Assembly: GCA_965222115.1 (NCBI GenBank)
Contig: CBDCTJ010000007.1
Location: 2,528,001-2,592,000, forward strand
DNA length: 64,000 nucleotides
Direction: 5' to 3'
Source of the DNA: Planctomycetota bacterium
GTDB taxonomy: Bacteria; Planctomycetota; PLA2; JAEUHO01
Position numbers and translations under genes: made by a program. Shown one piece after another: positions 19,707 through 29,137 of this stretch. Under the pieces are notes generated by a model that was given only the letters and a program-made list of their open reading frames with translations, was not told where the DNA came from and made no database searches. Each line of letters begins with the position of its first letter. Position 1 is the stretch's first letter.

Positions 19707-21383
19707 CTACCTAAGCCTTTCATTCCATTCACGACGTAGCCTTGCGGCGGCCTTTGAATGACGAGACTCCAGGGGGCGAATGTGCGTTTCAAAATCCTTC
19801 AAGTCGCCTCGCTCAATCGCAAGACGACAGAGAACGATTCTCGCTATGCCAGATTCGTCTCCTAATCTTAGTGCTTCTAGCGCATCGCTTGACGCACGCT
19901 CAGATTTCATGAGGGTTAAGTTGGCCAATGCCCTGATTGCAAGAAGTTCGACCAAATCCGTCAATGAAGCGGAATCGGATTCATCCCTATCTTGAAGCAG
20001 TCCTCTAACATATCGAGCGACTCGAACCGATGATTCTAGTTGCCCCGTTTTCTGATAGGACTGAGCGAGTAAGAGTCTTGAGCTAGGGCTTGTGTCAGCC
20101 GCAGCTGTCAACACTACACGTTCCAGCTCATTTATAGCATCTTCGTATCTCCCCGTGAGATATAGCGCGCTAGCGTAAGCCTCGATGAATTTCTTGGGCA
20201 CACCTCGAGTTTCCGAAATCGGACGAAGCAATTTTGCCGCATCCTCATACCTCCCGTACCGGAGAAGTTCAAGCCCCAACTCCGCCCCGGCTATGGGAGA
20301 GGAGATTTTGCGTGGTAGAGGGTAAACACCGACAGGAATGTTAAGTATTCCTCCGACAGTGTCATTGGCTCTAAGTAGTCCTGCCCTCGCTCTCCACTCA
20401 AGGCCAGTGGCCCCCAGCAGCGACTTCATAATCTCGGCGGATTCGCGCTTTCTGCCTATTCTCTCGTATGCCAATGCTTCGACAAAGTTGATAAGATTCC
20501 TCGCCGCGCCCTCATTGCGTATCTGTGGGATCAGCCCAAGCGCGTATTCAGCTCCCTTAAGATCACCAGCTATCTCGACAATACGAAGTAGAATTTCAAA
20601 TGACCAACCATGGCCGTCGACGGTAATTGGCAGCGCCTTCAAGTAGTGGGCGAGTACTTGTCTCGGTTCACGAGCACAGAATCCTCGCGCTGCGGAGACA
20701 TCAAACAACTTCTTGCTATCCTCCGACGTGAGAAGTTCCTGCGCGCCCACCAGCAAGTCTCTTACGCCATGCCTGATCACAGAACAAACTTCGCCGCCTA
20801 GGCTCACACAGAGCCCAACCCCAGCGATTTCACCATTCTCCGTGAGCAAAATGGCAGGGACTGACTCCACACCCCCGGTTACGAGAAGACTTTCGTAGAA
20901 CCGTCCTCCGACCCACCCGCCACCAACGGAAATCGCTCGTTGGACGCGCAACTGTCCATCTGCATTCACAGGCTGAACTACCCAGGACACGTCCTTGGAC
21001 TCATCACGAGCTAGCTCAGAAAGGGCATTTGAGGAACTAGACGGCGTTTTGGTGGCGAACCGGAAACCCAGGAGCTTCCTTGCTCGCCGAGCATCAGACC
21101 CCGCTTGCTCATGTTTACTTGACGAGATCTCGTCAACGCTCCAGCCACGGACAATGAGACTTGAACTCAATGATAACCACGCATCGATCATACGTCCGTT
21201 TTCATCAGTAATAGGCGAGAAGAGGCCCATGATGGGACGAACGGCGTGCTGGATCGCTTTCGGCAACGGAACAACTTCCGACGGCATCCCCGTGTCCGAC
21301 ATGCCGCAAGAGAGTATCGCCGCCATTGTCAGTATCCGCCAATGACGCTTCCTTTCGTGGGTACACCTGCAACGGGCGATCAT
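19707..21383 (-). CDS. TPR-containing protein with possible degenerate trypsin-like domain; putative partner/immunity of the main Rhs
   Basis: TPR-like helices (ALYLTGRYEDAINELE, LAQSYQKTGQLESS); PAILLTENGEIAGV resembles a trypsin-2 C-terminal strand; directly downstream of the Rhs; lower GC. Confidence 0.55.
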   Translation of the reverse strand: MIARCRCTHERKRHWRILTMAAILSCGMSDTGMPSEVVPLPKAIQHAVRPIMGLFSPITDENGRMIDAWLSLSSSLIVRGWSVDEISSSKHEQAGSDARRARKLLGFRFATKTPSSSSNALSELARDESKDVSWVVQPVNADGQLRVQRAISVGGGWVGGRFYESLLVTGGVESVPAILLTENGEIAGVGLCVSLGGEVCSVIRHGVRDLLVGAQELLTSEDSKKLFDVSAARGFCAREPRQVLAHYLKALPITVDGHGWSFEILLRIVEIAGDLKGAEYALGLIPQIRNEGAARNLINFVEALAYERIGRKRESAEIMKSLLGATGLEWRARAGLLRANDTVGGILNIPVGVYPLPRKISSPIAGAELGLELLRYGRYEDAAKLLRPISETRGVPKKFIEAYASALYLTGRYEDAINELERVVLTAAADTSPSSRLLLAQSYQKTGQLESSVRVARYVRGLLQDRDESDSASLTDLVELLAIRALANLTLMKSERASSDALEALRLGDESGIARIVLCRLAIERGDLKDFETHIRPLESRHSKAAARLRREWNERLR

Positions 21384-21426
21384 CGTATGTCTCCAAGCTG
21401 CTCGCGAGTGGATACGAACATTGAGC

Positions 21427-24400
21427 CTATCGCTCGAACACTAGCTTAATCCATAATTTCCACTCCTCCTCATCATCATCGTTGCCACAGAAGGGGATTC
21501 CCCACTTAATGCCTCCGCTTACCTTCCCTGGGACTCCGCCGACGGATACCGGATGCTCGATCTCGCCCGCAACGTCTAGCACTCCTCCATCTAGTCCGCC
21601 TTCATCAAACTCAACCTCCACCCTCGCACTTACCCCCACTCGGCCTCTACCGAGGGGCCACTCCTTTTTCACCTCTGGAAATCGGACTCCTCCTCCGCCA
21701 TTCTCAATCCAGATCGCAATCGCCGCTCCGAACAACATTCCCCCGCCAGCATATGGTTCCCAAGGCAAGTCAAGTAGCCAAGGACCGACGAGCTCTTCCC
21801 CTATCTTCGATCCGAGCTTTCCAAGACCCTTCTCAGCGTCCTTAGCATCCTTCTTCTCTTTGGCCTCCTTCTCCTCATCTGATCGAAAGTCTGGACCGAA
21901 ATCGGTGGGAGAAGATCCCAGGGGCTTACGCCGTACTAGTGGATCACTCGCTTCCGGCGGACCATAATTGACCCCGGGCACATCGGCCGTCTGGTAAGGA
22001 GTTCCTTTCTTTCTTTCCTTCTCCTCCACTCTATCAAGCAACTTTTTAAGGGCTGCGCGCGCCTCTTCTGGAGATGGCGGAGAGAGACCTAATGGGTCGG
22101 CCAGTGTAGCGGGTGAACTGAGAACAAATTCATAGAGTCCTAATCCGTCCACATACCCCAACGGATCCCTTTGCAAGAATCGTCCCGCCTCGGGGTCATA
22201 CGCCCTGGCGCGATAGTGGTACATGCCCGATGCTGCGTCGAACTCCCGCCCTGTAAACAGGAACGGATTTCCCACGTAACTCGACCCCTGCGTCGTTCCC
22301 GCCGAGTTCCGAACGGTCGCCTTTCCATAGACGTCGTACGTCACCCACTCAACCACGCCGCCACTGGGCGCGGAAATCTCGCTCACGTTTCCAAGCGCAT
22401 TCTGGTGATACGTGAACCGAAGAATCTCCGACGTATTGCTGTCGCCATCCACATCCGAGATGTCTGCGCGATCCATCGCCCGCGGATGGTCAATGCGGTC
22501 CTCGTGAAAGTAACGCGCAAGCCAGGTATTGTTGCCGTCAAACTCCTCGACGATGTCCTGGCCATCGAGAATGTAGCGCGTCGTGACCGCGCCGGAGACG
22601 ACGTGCTTTTCAACCCGCCGGCCAAGTGCGTCGTATTTGTACTTGGCAATAACTGTGCTCGATCCACTGACCCTCACCTCGACCAAACGATTCTTATAAT
22701 CGTAGTGGTACGTCTGCGTGCCGTCGTCGGTTAGATTGCCGTTGCTATCGTGCGTGCGCGAGGTGCCGCCGATCGCCGTATACTCATTCATGGCGTTGAA
22801 CGAGTAACTAACCGTCGTGGCCGAGCCGCCCCATGGAGTCTGCTGCGTCTGGCTCCGATTGCCCAAGCCATCGAGCGTGTAGACCTGCTTGGTAACGTAG
22901 GTCTGCGAACCCGGCGTCGCCACTTCCGTTGCGGGATTGGTCACATCGTAACGCGTGTCCACCATGCGGTAGGCCATATCGTAGGCATAGACATCGCCCT
23001 TGCCGTTTCGAGCGTTTAAGAATGGCTGGATCCCGGTCGGCAACGAATTGATCCACGTGGAGTTGAACGAATTCTTCTCCATCCGACGGTTGTGGACTTT
23101 GTCATACAGATAGTCAAACGTGTGAAAGCTCTGCGACGAGCTGTTCTTGTGATCGAGCTGCGAGAGACGCGCAAAGCCGTCGTACCCGTGATCCGTCGTA
23201 GTCGCGTTTTGGTTGGTCGTCTTGGCCAGGCGGCCAGCGCCCTGAAATGTGAAGCTTGCGATGTTCGTGGAGGCTGCGGAATCCACCATCGCCGTCATGC
23301 GGTAGATCGCGTCACGCTGGTGAAGCACACTGAAGGCACTGGGATACTGAATCGCGCTGCGAGAGCCCGCGTCGGTATACGTCGAAGTGACGGTGCGCCA
23401 CTTCTCCTGGCCTGTCACCGTGTAGCCCTGCGTTTCCTTCAACTCGTTACCCACGCTGTCATACGTGAACTGCACCTCATAGTCATTGTCTTTTGCGGTG
23501 AGCATGCGGTTTAGCGCATCGTAAGAATAGGTCTCTGACGTCGTTCCCAAGACACCGGTGGCGCGATTGACTGCGCGCGAGGTCAAGCGACTGAGCACAT
23601 CATAAGTATTGGTAACCACCGTGCCGTTCTGATCCGTCAAGGTCTTGACGCGATCGTTCTTATCGAAAGTTCGGGTCACGAACTTCGCGTCGGCAAAGGT
23701 CGTCTTGAATACGCGCGAAAGGGCGTCATAAGAATAGGACGTCGTGTTTAGATTGTCGTCCGTGACTGACGTCATGCGGCCTGACGCATCGAAGCTCGCC
23801 GTCTCGAGAATGCTATTGGTGAAATCGTCAATCGACGTACCAATGGCAAGCGCACGCTCATAACTTGTTTGGCGGTTCGCAAGGTCGTAACCCCAGCGAA
23901 CAGGACTCCCCTCGGCATCAACGCGGAAGGTCAAATTTCCGCGACTGTCATACGAAAAACTCGTTGTCAAAATGTTCGAAGCGTTGAGCCGGTCGATCTC
24001 GCGCCTGGACGTGAGACGGCCCAGAGCATCATAGACAAACTCGGTTTCAAAAGTCTCGGATCCACCTGCCGTAGGAATGTCCTTGCGCTTGATCTTGGTG
24101 GCGAGCCCGCGCGCATCGAGGATCCACTCGGTTTCATTTCCAACGGCGTCTTGGACCTTAATCTGGCGCCCCGCATTGTCATAGAGATAGGTCGTCTTAT
24201 TGTTGAGCGGATCTTTGATCTCCGTGACGCGGCCCGTTTTGTCGTGCTGGATAGTGACCGTCGGGTAGCTCGGCGTGAGCCCAGATCCGAAACGATCCTT
24301 GACGCGCTTCCAGAGCCGATTCACCTCATCAAAGTGGTTCGTCGTCTTGGCCTGAAGCACGTTCGAGGCATTGTAGGCCGCAGCCGTTAGGACGTTTCCG

Positions 24401-27400
24401 TTCTTATCATAGGTCCAAGAAACATAATGACTCAGCGCGTTTGTCCGTTTCGTCGCACGGTCAAAGAGATCGTACGTGAAATTCGTCGCGTCGCCTTCTC
24501 CATTAATCGTCTTGCTGCGATTGCCGTTGGCATCGTAATCCACTTGAATCGTCGATGCCTCGGTCGCGCCATAACCGCGCGTGAGCTTGAAGAGCAACGC
24601 CCGCTCGTCGTACTCGATCTTCGTCTCGTCGCCCGTCGGGCTTTGAATTTTGGTGACCTTGCCCTCGCCGTCGTATTCATACGTCGTTACCGCTTGGCTT
24701 GAGGACGTCAGATCTTGGGTGGCAGTCAAGCGCCAGCCCATTTCGTTGTACGTATAACTTGTCTCAATCCAGGGCGTAGTGGCATCAAGCGTGCCGTTCT
24801 TGTCGCGGTTCTCCGTTTCAAGCAGCGTGAGATTTCGATTGGCATCGTAGGTGAACTTGCGTTTGTAGTTAAGCGGCGTAGGCGCTTGTATCTGGGTAAC
24901 AAAATTTTCGGCGTCCACCGTAATCGTTGTGGTGGCGCCATTCGGGCCTGTTACAGAGGTTACGTTTCCATACTGATCATATTGAAATGTCGTGGTGATC
25001 GCCAGCCCGCCAGGATCACGAATGACTTTGTGCAAGTATCCGTTCTGGGAACCCGTCGTGTAGTAAACGAAATTTGTCACGCGGCTCTCGGCGTCTGTCG
25101 CCGACGTGATGCGCCCGTATGAATCGTAAGCATAGGTCTCTGCGATGGACTGGTTCGTCGGCTGGGTGACCGTGGGTCGCGATACGGCCGTCGTGTTGCC
25201 AGAAGAGTCCACCGTCATGGTGGTGACGTTTCCCTTGGGGTCGGTCACTTGGCTCACTTGGTTGTATTGGCCCGTGTACTGGTAAGAGGTTACGAGGTCC
25301 GTGCCACTGTTGGTGCTGGTGTCCGTCGTCCGGTGCCGGACCTCCGTTAGATTGAGCGAACTGTCATACGTATAGTCGGTCCGGTTTCCGCGCGGATATA
25401 CCACAGCCGTGGTCATGCCGGTGGTTGCGTTCACCGTATACGTCGTGGTGAAGTCAGTCGGCTCGCCGGTACGCAGACCCTTGGTATAGACCTTCTTTTC
25501 CGTGGGCACCGCGAAGGAACCAAAAGTCCAGCGCGTTGTATTTCCCGCGCGGTCAACTACGGTCGTCCGCTTGTTGGGAACGTCATACGAAATTGTGTAT
25601 TCGCCCGGACCAAGCGCCTCCTTTACCACCATGTCGTTCTCGTCGTACTCAAGCGTCTGAACGACTTCGCCCTTGGCGTTTTCCACGTGAATCAGGTTCG
25701 ACTTGAAGCGCGTCTGTGCGTGGTTGGCGCTGTAGGAATAGCGCACCGTGCGCCCCGAGGAAAACTGTGCGGAAACCGGACTCGTGATCGTCCGGAGGTC
25801 CCCCATGTAGTTATAGGAAAATGTCCACGTGCGGCCGCCGAAGTCAACCACACTTGAAAGCCGCCCCATCGCGTCGTAGTTGAGTGAAATGTTGCGATTC
25901 AGCGAATCCGTGATCTGAGTCAGCTTGTCGCCCGTGTAGGTATAAGTGTGTGTATTGCCATAGCGATCGGCCAGACTTATCCGCTGCCCGTTTGCATTAA
26001 ACGTGCTCACGCGGCCCAATCGATCGGTAACGGTGTGGTTAGATCCCGACGGCGCAAGCGTGGTGTCGTAGTGCGTGGGCGGAATGAACGTGCTCCCGGA
26101 TTTGACATACGTATCCACACGCCCATAGGGGCTTTGATACGTCATATCCCCGTTCGTCTCGGTCTTCATCCGCACGTCTTGATTGAGGAACCAACTGTTG
26201 CCGTAGCGCCCCGCAAAATCTCGCCGCGATCGGTACGTAAGCGTGAGGTCTAGATCCATGCCGCGACCGGGAATCGAAACCAGTCGGTGAATCAGCACTT
26301 CTTCGCCCGTGCTGAGCTGAACACTATGAGGCGTGGATGCGGTGTGGGCTGGTGGCGTGGGGCCGGCAACAGGGCCTTGTGAATCGGGTCCAAATGGAGG
26401 ACACGGCCAGACGCAAGTGAGCGCTTCCATGCCGTAGGCACCCGATGCCGCCGCCGTGATCGTGGGAAACACGCCGCCCGGAGGGACGCTGCTCGCAGAC
26501 CCAAATGTCCACTCGCCTTCAACATCACGACCCGTCGTAACGCTCATGTCCTGAGTGAGATTGGCCCACATGAACTCCAGATCTTCAAGGGTCCCGCCCT
26601 CGCCGAGCTGTGTGGTCAACCCGCCGTAGGCCTGGTAGCCCAACGACAAGTCCACGCTGCCCACGTAAAGCGGCGAACTTGGAACACCCACATCAAACAC
26701 ACGCGCGGTCGTCTCGTTGTTCGCGCTATCCGACATGAGCACGGTGACCCACGGACCGGCAACAGAAATGTCCACCGCACTCACGTTTGAGTACGTCCCC
26801 ATAACGGGCGTCACAAATCCGAACGTCGATGCCCGCAAGTCAACCTGCAGTACCTTTGCCGTCGAGCCGTCATTGATCGAGACGTAACAATAGTCGGCAT
26901 CGGCCACAGCAAGCCCGGTCGGCTCGACATTGGCACCGGCAAATGTGTCGTCGTAGTCAACTAAGAGCGTCACATCGAGGCGATATATCTCGGCCGAACC
27001 GTCGCCTAGTGCCACGACGTTATTGTTGCCAGGCTTGGGACCGGCAAGTTCAGTCGGTCCCTGACCAAACGAGGGATTGCCGAGTACCGACGGACCACTG
27101 GATTTGAACTCATAAAGCGAGTTGGTATTCGCGTCGATCGCCCAGGCATCCACACTTGAGGAGTTGTTGTCGGCCGCGGCTACGGTGAAATCTGCACCCG
27201 AAACCGTTCCGACAGTGGTTGACGTGTTGGTCGTCATGTCAACGCGAACAATCTCACCGTTGCTCGCACCGTAGATGACATCCCCGGAAGTCTTATCCAA
27301 GTCAATCTGCTGAACCGCGTTGTTGGAGTGGGCGGGCTTTAGTGACGTGAACGAAACCGCATGGCGATTCTCGTTATCGACCTGGTAGATGCCGCCAGCC

Positions 27401-27681
27401 TGCCCGGCCAAGTTGTACGACTCCTTCGGATTTCCTGTGGTGCTCGTGTCCTTCATACCGAAGTCGGTGATGACGATCGGACTTGGAGGCGCCGCCTCAG
27501 CAAGAATGCGACGACCACCGGTTAGCACGAGGAATGCCAGCGCATAGGTTGCAAGCCCTACGGCAACCAGCCCCAGAGGCGTATGCACCCAAGGGCGAGG
27601 CGTTTCCGTGCGGCTGTCCTTCTTTGAACGCTTTCGACTGTTTCTGTTCTTGCTAGCCATGTCTACCCCAATCTCGCTCAA
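21427..27681 (-). CDS. Full-length Rhs/YD-repeat protein with N-terminal TM anchor, probable beta-propeller and variable CT
   Basis: TM at ~aa 35-55; shell start SVQLSTGE...SIPGRGMDLDLTLTYRS; many YD repeats; core end RFLQRDPLGYVDGLGLYEFVLSSPATLADPLGL; ~210-aa CT. Confidence 0.95.
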   Translation of the reverse strand: MSEIGVDMASKNRNSRKRSKKDSRTETPRPWVHTPLGLVAVGLATYALAFLVLTGGRRILAEAAPPSPIVITDFGMKDTSTTGNPKESYNLAGQAGGIYQVDNENRHAVSFTSLKPAHSNNAVQQIDLDKTSGDVIYGASNGEIVRVDMTTNTSTTVGTVSGADFTVAAADNNSSSVDAWAIDANTNSLYEFKSSGPSVLGNPSFGQGPTELAGPKPGNNNVVALGDGSAEIYRLDVTLLVDYDDTFAGANVEPTGLAVADADYCYVSINDGSTAKVLQVDLRASTFGFVTPVMGTYSNVSAVDISVAGPWVTVLMSDSANNETTARVFDVGVPSSPLYVGSVDLSLGYQAYGGLTTQLGEGGTLEDLEFMWANLTQDMSVTTGRDVEGEWTFGSASSVPPGGVFPTITAAASGAYGMEALTCVWPCPPFGPDSQGPVAGPTPPAHTASTPHSVQLSTGEEVLIHRLVSIPGRGMDLDLTLTYRSRRDFAGRYGNSWFLNQDVRMKTETNGDMTYQSPYGRVDTYVKSGSTFIPPTHYDTTLAPSGSNHTVTDRLGRVSTFNANGQRISLADRYGNTHTYTYTGDKLTQITDSLNRNISLNYDAMGRLSSVVDFGGRTWTFSYNYMGDLRTITSPVSAQFSSGRTVRYSYSANHAQTRFKSNLIHVENAKGEVVQTLEYDENDMVVKEALGPGEYTISYDVPNKRTTVVDRAGNTTRWTFGSFAVPTEKKVYTKGLRTGEPTDFTTTYTVNATTGMTTAVVYPRGNRTDYTYDSSLNLTEVRHRTTDTSTNSGTDLVTSYQYTGQYNQVSQVTDPKGNVTTMTVDSSGNTTAVSRPTVTQPTNQSIAETYAYDSYGRITSATDAESRVTNFVYYTTGSQNGYLHKVIRDPGGLAITTTFQYDQYGNVTSVTGPNGATTTITVDAENFVTQIQAPTPLNYKRKFTYDANRNLTLLETENRDKNGTLDATTPWIETSYTYNEMGWRLTATQDLTSSSQAVTTYEYDGEGKVTKIQSPTGDETKIEYDERALLFKLTRGYGATEASTIQVDYDANGNRSKTINGEGDATNFTYDLFDRATKRTNALSHYVSWTYDKNGNVLTAAAYNASNVLQAKTTNHFDEVNRLWKRVKDRFGSGLTPSYPTVTIQHDKTGRVTEIKDPLNNKTTYLYDNAGRQIKVQDAVGNETEWILDARGLATKIKRKDIPTAGGSETFETEFVYDALGRLTSRREIDRLNASNILTTSFSYDSRGNLTFRVDAEGSPVRWGYDLANRQTSYERALAIGTSIDDFTNSILETASFDASGRMTSVTDDNLNTTSYSYDALSRVFKTTFADAKFVTRTFDKNDRVKTLTDQNGTVVTNTYDVLSRLTSRAVNRATGVLGTTSETYSYDALNRMLTAKDNDYEVQFTYDSVGNELKETQGYTVTGQEKWRTVTSTYTDAGSRSAIQYPSAFSVLHQRDAIYRMTAMVDSAASTNIASFTFQGAGRLAKTTNQNATTTDHGYDGFARLSQLDHKNSSSQSFHTFDYLYDKVHNRRMEKNSFNSTWINSLPTGIQPFLNARNGKGDVYAYDMAYRMVDTRYDVTNPATEVATPGSQTYVTKQVYTLDGLGNRSQTQQTPWGGSATTVSYSFNAMNEYTAIGGTSRTHDSNGNLTDDGTQTYHYDYKNRLVEVRVSGSSTVIAKYKYDALGRRVEKHVVSGAVTTRYILDGQDIVEEFDGNNTWLARYFHEDRIDHPRAMDRADISDVDGDSNTSEILRFTYHQNALGNVSEISAPSGGVVEWVTYDVYGKATVRNSAGTTQGSSYVGNPFLFTGREFDAASGMYHYRARAYDPEAGRFLQRDPLGYVDGLGLYEFVLSSPATLADPLGLSPPSPEEARAALKKLLDRVEEKERKKGTPYQTADVPGVNYGPPEASDPLVRRKPLGSSPTDFGPDFRSDEEKEAKEKKDAKDAEKGLGKLGSKIGEELVGPWLLDLPWEPYAGGGMLFGAAIAIWIENGGGGVRFPEVKKEWPLGRGRVGVSARVEVEFDEGGLDGGVLDVAGEIEHPVSVGGVPGKVSGGIKWGIPFCGNDDDEEEWKLWIKLVFER

Positions 27682-27728
27682 GCCTTGCTTGATGGTTTTA
27701 GGTGATGCGTTGCGCCTATTTGTCGCGC

Positions 27729-28964
27729 CTATTCGTCGATTTTGTCAATGAGGTCGTACGCGGCCTTGGCTTGGGCCGCGACGGATTTGGTGGATGAATC
27801 TTTGTCGGTCTTCATGGTTTGAAGCCCGCCCTTGTCGCCATACGCGGCAAGCGCTAAGGCAGCACCGAGACGGATCTTGAAGTTCTTGGAACCAAGCTCG
27901 GAAACGAATGTGCTCTTGACGTCGGACAGATCCCACGGCTTCTCAGCGGCCGCGAGACGAAGCGCAAGCTCTTGCACGCGAACATCCGAATCGGATAGCA
28001 ACGTCTTGACCGTAGACTTCTCGCTTGAGACGGCCTTCGCCTTCTCAATCGCACGCAGTGCTTCAAGGCGAACGCGCGCGTCTTTGTCTTTCGCAAGCGT
28101 GACGAAAGTCGAGGTGTTTCCAGACTCACTTCGAGCGCTAAGAGCCGCTGTAGCATGCTCGCGCACGAACCCCGACGTGCTCTTGACAAGCGTCTTGAGT
28201 TCTGAAGAGGCCGAACTTGCATTGCTGTCCGTGACTTCGCCAAGACAGCGCATCGCGAGAACTCGATCTCGATCTTCGCGCTTAGTGTCCACGGCGATCG
28301 CTGCGAGCTTGCCGGGACCCGACGTAGGAATGAAACCGAGCGTGCGAATGGCGGCAAGTTTCGTGAGCCCGGAACTTGCCGCTGCGGCCTCCAGGGCCTT
28401 TGCGCCCGCGCCCGTGGTTCCCTTGAGCGCACGCGCTGCACGCGCCTTGACGCCATCGGCTACGCGATCATCGGCAAGAACGCTCGCAAGCTCAGGAACA
28501 AGCTTGTCACGCGCCTTAGGCGCCTTCTGAAGAATCAGCGCTGCGCTGGCTGCAATGTTGACATTGTCACTCGCCAAGAGATCGCGAAGTGCGCTCACGT
28601 GATCACCACCCACAGGTAGCTTTGAAAGGGAGCGCACAAGACCGGCGCGTGTGACGGCGGAGTGTTTGCCTGCAAGTTCGTCCAAGAGCTTTGTGGCCTG
28701 CTTGCTACCTCCCTTTCCCAGACGATCGCTCGCGTCTTGGCGCTTCTGAGCATCGACGTTCGACAAAAGCGCCAAGTCAGCTTCGTACGGCGTTGGCGCT
28801 GCGGTGATCACCGCTGCTACAAGTGCCACAAGCATCACACCTGCGACAGGTGCAGCGCGCCTCACCTTCTGCGCGCGATCAACGCGACCCGAGGAACCAA
28901 CTTCACGCTCGTGGTCTCGCTTTGGCTCGCGATTCCCCTTCTTATCCAATGTGTCGTTGGTCAT
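27729..28964 (-). CDS. Exported HEAT-repeat protein
   Basis: Hydrophobic signal/anchor; HEAT motifs (DKDARVRLEALRAI, DSDVRVQELAL, FKIRLGAALAL); co-oriented upstream of the Rhs. Confidence 0.8.
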   Translation of the reverse strand: MTNDTLDKKGNREPKRDHEREVGSSGRVDRAQKVRRAAPVAGVMLVALVAAVITAAPTPYEADLALLSNVDAQKRQDASDRLGKGGSKQATKLLDELAGKHSAVTRAGLVRSLSKLPVGGDHVSALRDLLASDNVNIAASAALILQKAPKARDKLVPELASVLADDRVADGVKARAARALKGTTGAGAKALEAAAASSGLTKLAAIRTLGFIPTSGPGKLAAIAVDTKREDRDRVLAMRCLGEVTDSNASSASSELKTLVKSTSGFVREHATAALSARSESGNTSTFVTLAKDKDARVRLEALRAIEKAKAVSSEKSTVKTLLSDSDVRVQELALRLAAAEKPWDLSDVKSTFVSELGSKNFKIRLGAALALAAYGDKGGLQTMKTDKDSSTKSVAAQAKAAYDLIDKIDE

Positions 28965-29137
28965 CTGTGCCCCCTAAATGGGGAAGCTATCCACTCCGCG
29001 AGTGGCGCGGATACGTACCCCAATATGTGTGACTGTCGCTCGTTGCGGAGAAAACGAGGAACACGGCGACTCGCGCGTGCTTCTCGACAGCGCGAAATCG
29101 ACACTAGAGACATGCGCGGCCGGTGGCGCGGAAATTC

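Noticed and set aside
18314-23279. Diversity-generating retroelement template/variable repeat pair
   Set aside because: Differences are mostly synonymous and not adenine-specific, and there is no reverse transcriptase in the window.
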